A stretch of DNA of 64,000 nucleotides from a virus. Location of the stretch: positions 1-64,000 of IMG/VR virus record IMGVR_UViG_3300048921_000363. The stretch is one strand, 5' to 3'. The notes beneath the pieces are model-generated. The model was given only the letters and a program-made list of their open reading frames with translations. It had not been told where the DNA came from and searched no databases. The position numbers and the translations under genes were made by a program. Of the stretch, positions 45,432-53,360 are shown in pieces. Position 1 is the stretch's first letter. Every line of letters starts with the position of its first letter.

Positions 45432-47419
45432 TCAAGCGCACTTTCAAACACTTCCACATGTGCTGCGGGCTGGGCAGTGGTGCCGCAGGTTTTAGTGACT
45501 CCAAGCCTGCATTGGGTTCAGTACAAGCCGAATGGCGATGCTTGGGCGGTGTTGACGTCGACTCTGCTGGACTACGCGACTTTCAAATGATGACTGGCGT
45601 GCCAGGGACGTTGATGGATCTGTTTACCCGCGAGCAGTTCACTGCATTCCACGGTCAGGAACCGCCGTCTCACTGGAAAGAGGCCACCGCTGAAGATCTG
45701 CGCCGCGCTGCCGGCAACGAAGATCCGGACGCCGTGTTCATAAGCAGTCCGTGCAAAGGCGCCTCGGGGTTGTTGTCCGAGACGATGAGTCAGACGCCAA
45801 AGTACCAAGCCCTGAACGAACTGACGCTCCGCTGCGTGTGGCTGATGTGTGAGGCATGGAAGCATAACCCCGTCTCGCTGATCATCTTCGAGAACGTGCC
45901 ACGCTTGGCCACTCGCGGCCGACACCTTCTAGATCAGATCAACAAGCTGCTCAGTTTCTATGGATACGCGGTCGCTGAAACCACCCACGACTGCGGTGAG
46001 ATCGGTGGCCTGGCACAGAGCCGCAAGCGGTTCTTGCTGGTCGCAAGGCACGTCGAGAAAGTCCCAGCGTTCCTTTATCAGCCTGAAAAACGCAGCCTGC
46101 GAGCCGTCGGCGATGTGCTCAGCCGCATGCCGCTGGCGGGAGACATCGAACAGGCCGGACCGATGCATCGTGTGCCGGCACTGCAATGGAAGACATGGGT
46201 TCGACTGGCACTGGTAGAGGCCGGCAAAGATTGGCGCAGCCTTAGCCGATTCGCGATAGAGGATGGCCATCTACGCGACTTCGTGATCGTGCCCGAATAT
46301 CGCGCCGGCTATCTGGGAATAAACACCTGGACCGAAAACGCCGGCACCGTAGCCGGCAGATCCACACCTACCAATGGCAAGTTCTCAGTCGCCGACCCAA
46401 GGCCTACCAGCAAATTCGAATACACCCAATACGGCGTGCTGCCCTTCGATCGCCACTGCGGCGTCGTAACAGGGCAGCGAAGCCCAGGGCAAGGCACATT
46501 CAGCGTGGCCGACCCACGCATGACCGGTGGAAGTCACACCAATGTATTCCGCGTGATTAACAACGATCAAGCCGCTGGCACCGTAACCACCAGTCACGGT
46601 CCGAGCTCCGGTGGACAGGCAGTGGCAGACCCTCGACAGCCAACCAAGGGCTTCGGCAAATACCTAGTAACTGACTACACCAAACCAGCAGGCACCGTCA
46701 TCGCCGGGAGCACCACCGGGCAAGGCGCTTTTGCCGTAGCAGATCCTGCTTACAAGAACTGGCATAAAGGCGCCAGCACCCAAAAGTTACGCGTCACGCC
46801 ATGGGGCAAATCAGCCAGGACAGTGACCGGCTCGCAGCAGGTCGCCAGCGGTGCCCTCTCTATCGCGGACCCACGCCCAGGCATGTCTCGCAGCAAAGGC
46901 GACGCATACCTCACCGGTGGGCATTACGGCGTGGTCGATTGGAAAGATCCAGCCGGCGCCGTATCCGCCAGTGCATGCCATGACAATGGCAGATGGTCCG
47001 TTGCAGACCATCGAATGCCAGCCGCCAATGACCGACTCACCTGCATGATCGCCAGCCTCGACGGTACCTGGCATCGGCCTTTTACAACGCTGGAACTGGC
47101 CGCGCTGCAGTCGTTGTTTGATCCAGAGGAACATTGGTCTACTGATGCGCAGACAGTTCGTGACATTCAGATGATGCAGCACGCCCGCAAGATCGAGAAC
47201 GCGAGGTTCTTTCAACTGGACGGTATCAACGATGGCAGCCATCGCGAACGCATCGGCAACGCAGTGCCGCGTGCGGCAGCAAAAGCCATGGCCGACGTGT
47301 TCGGTATGACACTGCTACTGTCAGACGCTGGCGAGACGTTCATGCTCAGCAACGTATCAATCTGGGTTCAGCCGGTAGCCGTTGCCCTAAGCGCTTCCAT
47401 TCGGGAGGTTCAGGCATGA
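45428..47419 (+). CDS. C5-cytosine DNA methyltransferase with six-repeat variable region
   Basis: Motif I HMCCGLG, IV SSPC, VI FENV, VIII QSRKR, IX HRPFTTLELAALQ, X RIGNAVP. Confidence 0.9.
   Translation: MIKRTFKHFHMCCGLGSGAAGFSDSKPALGSVQAEWRCLGGVDVDSAGLRDFQMMTGVPGTLMDLFTREQFTAFHGQEPPSHWKEATAEDLRRAAGNEDPDAVFISSPCKGASGLLSETMSQTPKYQALNELTLRCVWLMCEAWKHNPVSLIIFENVPRLATRGRHLLDQINKLLSFYGYAVAETTHDCGEIGGLAQSRKRFLLVARHVEKVPAFLYQPEKRSLRAVGDVLSRMPLAGDIEQAGPMHRVPALQWKTWVRLALVEAGKDWRSLSRFAIEDGHLRDFVIVPEYRAGYLGINTWTENAGTVAGRSTPTNGKFSVADPRPTSKFEYTQYGVLPFDRHCGVVTGQRSPGQGTFSVADPRMTGGSHTNVFRVINNDQAAGTVTTSHGPSSGGQAVADPRQPTKGFGKYLVTDYTKPAGTVIAGSTTGQGAFAVADPAYKNWHKGASTQKLRVTPWGKSARTVTGSQQVASGALSIADPRPGMSRSKGDAYLTGGHYGVVDWKDPAGAVSASACHDNGRWSVADHRMPAANDRLTCMIASLDGTWHRPFTTLELAALQSLFDPEEHWSTDAQTVRDIQMMQHARKIENARFFQLDGINDGSHRERIGNAVPRAAAKAMADVFGMTLLLSDAGETFMLSNVSIWVQPVAVALSASIREVQA
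46307..47014 (+). repeat. Six tandem 38-46 aa protein repeats ending in (V/I)ADPR
   Basis: Repeat end motifs start at 46388, 46505, 46622, 46736, 46862, 47000. Confidence 0.9.
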
Positions 47420-47685
47420 ACACTTTGTTCTTACTCATGGCTCAATACGACGGACAGGCAGTTATCCCACTTGATCGCGTCTGCGCGGATTACATGCATT
47501 TAACAGTGGAAAAATTTAAGCGCAAACAACTAGATGGCGAAATAGATATACCCGTTGTTCGCTTGGGCGCTAACAGTCAAAAGGCAGCGTTAGGAATTCA
47601 CCTTAAGGATCTGGCGGACTACATAGATAGACAAAGGGAAAAAGCAGCCAAAGAGCAAAATTTACTAATGGGCCGTGCTGCATGA
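47416..47685 (+). CDS. PrtN-family protein, probable excisionase/RDF
   Basis: MNTLFLLMAQYDG.AVIPL..VCADY...HLKDLADYID; last early gene before integrase. Confidence 0.8.
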   Translation: MNTLFLLMAQYDGQAVIPLDRVCADYMHLTVEKFKRKQLDGEIDIPVVRLGANSQKAALGIHLKDLADYIDRQREKAAKEQNLLMGRAA

Positions 47686-47711
47686 AAAAAGGGGCTGACG
47701 CCCCTTTTTTT
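47685..47711. terminator. Bidirectional intrinsic terminator
   Basis: AAAAAAGGGGC TGAC GCCCCTTTTTTT between convergent genes. Confidence 0.85.
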
Positions 47712-48015
47712 AAAGTTTGAATTCTTTCAACTCGCCCAAATTGTCTTTGACCTGACCATTACGGTCGGTCGAAAGAAAACTCTCTCCGACCACATGAATA
47801 CGCTCCCCACCGTTCCACACTTTCGTATCTGTATTCCACACAGCAGTTCGAAAATTCGCGGTTTCCGTCGTAATCAAATTCGCAACGAACTCTCTGCTGC
47901 TGACCATAGCGGCCCCGACTGTCAACTCAGCGCGATTCCGATGGCGCACATGCACATGGGTAATGTGGGATTTTTTTTCATCGTATCGAACTGCGGTTAC
48001 ATAATAATCCGTCAT
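47710..48015 (-). CDS. DUF3892-like protein
   Basis: YVTAVRY...FLSTDRNG..KDNLGELKEF. Confidence 0.75.
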   Translation of the reverse strand: MTDYYVTAVRYDEKKSHITHVHVRHRNRAELTVGAAMVSSREFVANLITTETANFRTAVWNTDTKVWNGGERIHVVGESFLSTDRNGQVKDNLGELKEFKL

Positions 48016-48078
48016 TTCCATTCCCTAAATTTAAGAACAACACGGCGATTTGATAGTAGTGGCGATGTAAAATCAACC

Positions 48079-49197
48079 CTAAGTGCCATCACCTATCAAT
48101 TCCCTAAATTCATTTAACCTCAGCATCCACAACCAGCCACTATACCGATCTCCTCGCCCGCGGAGATGCGTATACCTCCGCAGCGAGTTCCAGTCCCGGT
48201 GTCCTGAGACACTAGACACTCTAGGAATGTCCCAGTCCATTTCGAAAAGCCGGCTAACCCCCTCGTGTCTAAGGTCATGGAAGTGTAAATCCTCAATACC
48301 AAGCATCGGGCACGCCCGCGTGAAAGCAGCCGAAACCGACCTAGCGTTGTAAGGGAAGATCTCCCGCTCGACCTTGGGCATGCTCTGCAGAATGGCCCAA
48401 GCCTCATCAGGCAGATAACACCACACATCATTACCAATCTTTTGCCCGGGGTTCTTCATATCGCGCACCAGGACCGACTGCCGAGACTCATCGAGATCAT
48501 CCCAACGGATACGCGTAATTTCCTCCTGTCGGCGCGTCGAAAAAAGCGCAAAGGCGATCACCTTCGGCATGTCGATCTGAGCTTTACGACGTTCCTGCAT
48601 TTCGAAGAAATGCGCCATGAGCTTGTCCAGCTCATCAAGCGTCGGCCGGCGATTACGCTCTCTGCTCTTGCTCACCATACCTAGCTTGCGCAACACCTTC
48701 CTGGCATCAGACATGGCCAGCGGATCCACCTCATAGCCCCAAGCTGGACGCGCCACAGACAACACCGCCCCCAAGTGTGAGAGATCATTTCCGACCGTTT
48801 GCGCCTGAACGCCGCCGCCCTCTTTACTCATCCGCCATTGTGCGAACTCCACCAGCTTCTGGCTGGTCAGAGCCGAGTCCTCAAGGTCGCCCAGCCAAGT
48901 ATGCTTGATCGCTTTCAAGGTGGCGTTCTTGGTCTTGCCCAGCGGCCGGATTTTCTCGTACTCGTCCAGGTACTGCTCGATCATCTTCCTGATCGTCACA
49001 CCCTTACGGTTTGCGCGCTCAATCGCACCAGGCTCAGCCAGCTCCGTCTCACGCCGTTTGATCCAAGCCTGGGCGACCTGCTTTCGGTCGAAGGTTTGGC
49101 TTTCCTGATAAACTGAGCGCCCGTCCCGATTGATCCGTATCTGCGCTGTGTAGGCCGTAGAGTTGTCCTTGCGCTTGCGTGATGTGATCGTGCCCAT
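48079..49197 (-). CDS. int: dusA-associated tyrosine recombinase/integrase
   Basis: RRQEEI, FHDLRHEG, SGHRDWNSLRRYTH catalytic residues; divergent from dusA fragment. Confidence 0.95.
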   Translation of the reverse strand: MGTITSRKRKDNSTAYTAQIRINRDGRSVYQESQTFDRKQVAQAWIKRRETELAEPGAIERANRKGVTIRKMIEQYLDEYEKIRPLGKTKNATLKAIKHTWLGDLEDSALTSQKLVEFAQWRMSKEGGGVQAQTVGNDLSHLGAVLSVARPAWGYEVDPLAMSDARKVLRKLGMVSKSRERNRRPTLDELDKLMAHFFEMQERRKAQIDMPKVIAFALFSTRRQEEITRIRWDDLDESRQSVLVRDMKNPGQKIGNDVWCYLPDEAWAILQSMPKVEREIFPYNARSVSAAFTRACPMLGIEDLHFHDLRHEGVSRLFEMDWDIPRVSSVSGHRDWNSLRRYTHLRGRGDRYSGWLWMLRLNEFRELIGDGT

Positions 49198-49203
49198 TTC
49201 CAG

Positions 49204-49242
49204 TTGCTACATTGCCGAATTCGCTTGCTACATTGTAGCAAC
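49204..49242. repeat. Putative integrase arm-type sites TTGCTACA
   Basis: Two direct and one inverted copy; one further copy (TTGTAGCAA) at 5508-5516 inside the other end. Confidence 0.6.
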
Positions 49243-49278
49243 CGACTTCAGAAAACAAGGGAAAATGGGTAAAAACCG

Positions 49279-49294
49279 CTGTATAAAAGATCAG
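49279..49294. promoter_or_regulatory. LexA box candidate between int and dusA'
   Basis: CTGTATAAAAGATCAG (CTG-N10-CAG). Confidence 0.6.
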
Positions 49295-49299
49295 TATTA

Positions 49300-49401
49300 A
49301 TGAATTTCGAAAAACCTGAAGCGCCCGCAAATACTAGCCCTGCCCGTTCCGAGCCGTCTCGCCGCTTCAGTGTGGCCCCGATGATGGATTGGCACGGCTA
49401 A
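49300..49401 (+). pseudogene. dusA: Phage-supplied replacement dusA 5' end, truncated by next element
   Basis: MNFEKPEAPANTSPARSEPSRRFSVAPMMDW-HG-stop; att core 49378-49392. Confidence 0.85.
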
Positions 49402-49656
49402 TCCTGTAGGCCGCTAAACCTCTGGCCTCCAGCCTCATCAAGAAGCGCGCGTACCATTTTCGTACCACCCCCACTCTCTTTTTTCTGCCCAGGCGGGAAG
49501 CGGCGCTCCTCTCGCATCGTCGTTACGCTCGCCTGTCGCTCCAATCCAAAGCACTTCCTACAAGCGTTTCCGTCGCGGGCAAAACGATCTGCGTCCAAGT
49601 GTCTCTTCGTCATCTGCATGAGTGAGTGGCGAGGCGATCGGCTGTACCGCCTGATA

Positions 49657-49991
49657 GGTAATGTTCTTTTTTCGGGAAAGGCATCGGAAAAAGGTAATTT
49701 TGGTAAGTCGAACGGTCAATCTGGCTGAGAGCCTTGATTTTACTGGGCTGCAAAGGATTGGCATGAAGTAATTTTTGAGTAATGTAGAAGTAAGGTAATT
49801 ACCTTTTAAGGAAGTAATATTTGTTTTTTTGCATCGCTTATAAATCAACCACTTACAGCCACATTACCTTTTTCATTACTCAAAATTACCTTCTGAAGTA
49901 ACCCGGCAAAGCCAATGAATCCGGGGCTTTCACCGGTGTTCCAATATTCGAATTACCACATTACTTTTTTCCGATGGCGTTCCTGAAAAAG
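49657..49991. repeat. ~330 bp nested inverted-repeat array of GTAAT motifs with IHF-like site
   Basis: 49666-49712 pairs with 49947-49991, 49765-49795 with 49862-49893; AATCAACCACTTA at 49843-49855. Confidence 0.8.
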
Positions 49992-50169
49992 ACGCACCGA
50001 ATAGTTTCATCTACCTGCCTTCCGCTTCACCTGATCCGCCCTGTCAGACACCCGCCCTTCGCAGGGATCCGCAGGCTTTTTCACCTTCGACGTCACTGCT
50101 ACAGCGCCCGGCTGTGGGGGCGCTTGGCTAGGTGCAGGACTGCGGAAAAAAAGACCCATTTAGCCCGCA

Positions 50170-50190
50170 GGCGAGGTGGGGGGACGACGG
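50170..50190 (+). other. P2-family cos site
   Basis: GCAGGCGAGGTGGGGGGACGACGGCGCGCGC resembles P2 cos GGCGAGGCGGGGAAAGCAC (recalled) and lies beyond the portal gene as in P2. Confidence 0.7.
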
Positions 50191-50300
50191 CGCGCGCCAG
50201 GTGAGAACGGGCATCTTTTAAATGGCTTGTAGCACGCCAAAGCCCCGCATCGAGTAGCAGCTCGTCGCCTCCTGCTCGCGTCTATTTTTCAGCTCACTTA

Positions 50301-50316
50301 CTGTACAAACATCCAG
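50301..50316. promoter_or_regulatory. LexA (SOS) box
   Basis: CTGTACAAACATCCAG, 23 bp upstream of 50340 ATG. Confidence 0.75.
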
Positions 50317-50339
50317 TACATGTACAGCGATTGAAATAT

Positions 50340-51065
50340 ATGAACTTCAACCAGGCCAAGGTGCTAAGACTCAAGGGTTGGCGCGCCACGCTAGACGACC
50401 AGGACTTTCGTATGCAGAACCCGGAGGCACACCGGGAAACGCTTCATCAAATGGCTGCTGCCCTGCATAACGAGGGATTGATCGACCAGCTTGAGCAGTT
50501 CGATATGAACGAGATGGCGGATGCCGCCTACTGGCATTCTGTCGAGGAGCTTCAAAACTCGCCGGGCCAGTACCGCGGAGCTTCGACCTACGATGTCGTG
50601 CAAGTCGACAACGGAAGGCTGCTTGGCAATATCAGCAGGTCGATCTTCAACTTCGAAAGCGACGAACCACGCGGCGCCTCCTTTCCTTACGACGGCAAGG
50701 TTTACTCTGGCGCGGACGGGGTGCGGCTGACCTTGGAGCTTTCTCGGAAGATTGGGACTATCTCGGGCCTGATGCTGGAACTGAATGGGCGCCGGTACCA
50801 ACTGGTTGAAACCGAACGGGTCGTTCGTGGGGTTGATTACAAGCCAATGGATGATCCAGACGCTTACCGCGCTCTCGTTGATGCGGCTCAAGTAGCCCAG
50901 GAAGAGCGCGACCTGCACGCATTTGAAAGGGTGCGCCCTCACATCGAATCGGCAGCTTTCTGTATGTGTCCGACCTGCCTCGATCGCTTCGATGCGCGTG
51001 AGGACTGCCCAACCTGCATCGGAAAAGGTTTTGTGACGAAGCCGGCGCCAGCGGGTCTACGCTGA
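50340..51065 (+). CDS. Hypothetical protein with C-terminal CxxC-CxxCxGxG zinc finger
   Basis: 241 aa; CPTC...CPTCIGKG. Confidence 0.7.
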   Translation: MNFNQAKVLRLKGWRATLDDQDFRMQNPEAHRETLHQMAAALHNEGLIDQLEQFDMNEMADAAYWHSVEELQNSPGQYRGASTYDVVQVDNGRLLGNISRSIFNFESDEPRGASFPYDGKVYSGADGVRLTLELSRKIGTISGLMLELNGRRYQLVETERVVRGVDYKPMDDPDAYRALVDAAQVAQEERDLHAFERVRPHIESAAFCMCPTCLDRFDAREDCPTCIGKGFVTKPAPAGLR

Positions 51066-51087
51066 AAGCTCACGCGAGGAACGGGCA

Positions 51088-51801
51088 ATGTGTGGACGAC
51101 TCTCCCAATACAGCGGCATTCACGACTTCGTGGCGGCGCTGAGTATGCCGAATGCCCTGATCAACTCGACCGGGGAGCAGCCTTTCGAGCAGTACAACGC
51201 CGCGCCGACTGCCCAACTCGCCCTTTTTCACCAGGAAGGCCAATTCCTGTACGCCGACAGGGTTCGGTGGGGATGGCGCCCCCACTGGGCAAAAGATCGG
51301 GCTGCACCGATCAACGCCAGGGTCGAGAAAGTCGCCCACGGCCCATTCTTCCGCACGATCTGGCCGCACCGGGCGATCATCGCGATCAACAACTGGTTCG
51401 AGTGGGTCGACGAAGGCGGGCCGAAGAAGCAGCCCTATCTGATCAGGCATTGCGACCAATCACCGATCCTGTGTGCCGCAATTGGCCAATACCCGAATGA
51501 GGAACACGGCCCGAGCGAGCATGACGGCTTCGTGATCATCACCGCGGACAGCGCTGGTGGCATGGTTGATATCCATGATCGGCGGCCGGTCTCTTTATCG
51601 CCTGAACTCGCCCGAGAATGGCTGGATCCGGCCACACCGAAAGAACGCGCCGAGCAGATCGCGCTTCATCAGGGGGAGGTGACAGAAGCCTTCGAGTGGT
51701 TCAAGGTTGATCGGGCAGTGGGAAATGTCAGAAATCAAGGGCCTGACTTGATCAGTCCTTTTGGTACGATTGAAACTGGGGACGAGAAAAGCAGTGGATG
51801 A
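51088..51801 (+). CDS. SOS response-associated peptidase (SRAP/YedK/HMCES)
   Basis: MCGR N-terminus, YNAAP, INARVE, WFEW, IHDRRP. Confidence 0.92.
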   Translation: MCGRLSQYSGIHDFVAALSMPNALINSTGEQPFEQYNAAPTAQLALFHQEGQFLYADRVRWGWRPHWAKDRAAPINARVEKVAHGPFFRTIWPHRAIIAINNWFEWVDEGGPKKQPYLIRHCDQSPILCAAIGQYPNEEHGPSEHDGFVIITADSAGGMVDIHDRRPVSLSPELAREWLDPATPKERAEQIALHQGEVTEAFEWFKVDRAVGNVRNQGPDLISPFGTIETGDEKSSG

Positions 51802-51923
51802 TAGCTCCAATTGCTTTGTCGTTAGCCCGACTCGAACAAGCGTTGATCTTGACCTGGCACAGGGAAGAAGCGTGAAAGTAGAGTCACTATGTAGGCTATG
51901 AGTGCCACTTAAGGAGAAGAAAG

Positions 51924-52307
51924 ATGGGCCAGGAAAATTTTCACGCCAGCGTTCAGTACGGTGATTTTAAAGGTACAGCAGCTGCTGATCGCCGCGATCA
52001 AGACAGCATTTCTCGGTACCTTGAAAAAGAAGGCTTGATAAACCAAGGGGAATTCTTGGTTGGGATTGAGGCATACACCTCAGAGGTGTCGGGCAAGCCC
52101 CAAGTCACCGACGTAAGCGTTACTGCTCTTGTAACAAAGTACGAAGGGTATGATGATGTGCAGGCGGCTGTGGATTCCGGTAATCCACTCAAAGTTCGCA
52201 AAATTGAATTTGATCTGCCTCTGGTAGATTTCTTCAGCCTCTTCAAACGATTTCATATCACTATCTCTAGTCATGGAATGATTGATCAACGCGACATCAT
52301 TTTTTGA
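51924..52307 (+). CDS. Hypothetical moron protein
   Basis: 127 aa, strong TAAGGAG RBS, lower GC, convergent with portal. Confidence 0.7.
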   Translation: MGQENFHASVQYGDFKGTAAADRRDQDSISRYLEKEGLINQGEFLVGIEAYTSEVSGKPQVTDVSVTALVTKYEGYDDVQAAVDSGNPLKVRKIEFDLPLVDFFSLFKRFHITISSHGMIDQRDIIF

Positions 52308-52337
52308 CGACTGAGAGCAAAGGTATTGTGCCCCGAG

Positions 52338-53360
52338 CTAACTAGTCGGGGCCAATTCGTACGGTCTGAATCTCATAACTTCTTCACCCAGCCAGTCGTT
52401 CAGCTGAGTCATCCGCGTCTGAATCGGCTCCAGCTCATTGGCCGCATAGATTTGCGCTGCCTCCCGAATCGACCCAAACCCACCCGCGTTCTGCGGGACA
52501 ATCCCCATCAATTGCGGTGGAATTCGCAAGCTCGCCAACACGTCATCCCTGGTCTGATTCTTGATCGCGTTGAATTCATCCTTCGCCGCCACCTCGCTCA
52601 CCGGGATCAGCTGAATCCCGTCCTTCTTGCCGGTCGGCGAGTAAACAAACAAATTCCGGAAATTCCCCGGCCCTTTCGATTCCTTCAGCGCCTTACGCAA
52701 CGCATCAATATCCGCTTCAGTCTGCGCTGCATCTGTCATGTACAAGATGAACCCGGCATGGCTCCCGTTCTCGTAATACTTGCGCCGAAATAAAGTCGCC
52801 GACTCGTTCAACAGCGCCGACTGCAACGCGCTGATCCACTCCGGCAACCCATAAATCTCCTGATGCAGATCCGCCTCACGCAGGTGAAAAATGCTGTCCG
52901 GCTCAAACTCATGCTCATCCTTCCATCCCCGCACCTGGTAAAACTGCCCATCCGGCCCCGCACGCATGTACTTGGCCAACGGCGTTTCCAATTTTCGAAC
53001 CCCGCCCAACCGCGAACGGCGCCCCTCAAGGTAGCCATTGCCCAGGCAGAGAAAGTCCAAAGCAAACTGCTCAAACGAGGCCCGCGACAGCAGCGGATGC
53101 GGGATAAAAGTCTTGCTCAACAAATTGCGCTTGAACATCAACCCGGAATGCAGATGCACGCTCGCCCCCACCGACCGGGCCAGCCCGTCAAGCGACAGCG
53201 GCGGCTCATACCACCGCCCGTTAAACCAGCACTCCAGGTAATCGAAAACCTCCCGCCCCCCCAGCACCGGCGTCGGCTCGCCGAAGGAAAACACCTGAGT
53301 CCCCGCGCCAGTGGCGGGTGTCGTCGCGGGCAACGTCTGGTTGGCCATTTGTTCGGTCAT
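52338..53360 (-). CDS. Portal protein Q (PBSX family)
   Basis: FSFGEP, WYEPP, QEIYGLPE, YYENGSHAG. Confidence 0.95.
   Translation of the reverse strand: MTEQMANQTLPATTPATGAGTQVFSFGEPTPVLGGREVFDYLECWFNGRWYEPPLSLDGLARSVGASVHLHSGLMFKRNLLSKTFIPHPLLSRASFEQFALDFLCLGNGYLEGRRSRLGGVRKLETPLAKYMRAGPDGQFYQVRGWKDEHEFEPDSIFHLREADLHQEIYGLPEWISALQSALLNESATLFRRKYYENGSHAGFILYMTDAAQTEADIDALRKALKESKGPGNFRNLFVYSPTGKKDGIQLIPVSEVAAKDEFNAIKNQTRDDVLASLRIPPQLMGIVPQNAGGFGSIREAAQIYAANELEPIQTRMTQLNDWLGEEVMRFRPYELAPTS

Larger units (their letters stand above)
5436..49392. mobile_element. dusA-integrated temperate prophage (lambda-like head, contractile tail), apparently complete
   Basis: Flanked by att core repeats; integrase, immunity, replication, packaging, head, tail and lysis genes all present as intact ORFs. 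Confidence 0.88.

Noticed and set aside
49657-49991. CRISPR array or MITE interpretation of the GTAAT cluster
   Set aside because: Units are 5-8 bp, irregularly spaced and switch orientation; no spacers or target-site duplication evident
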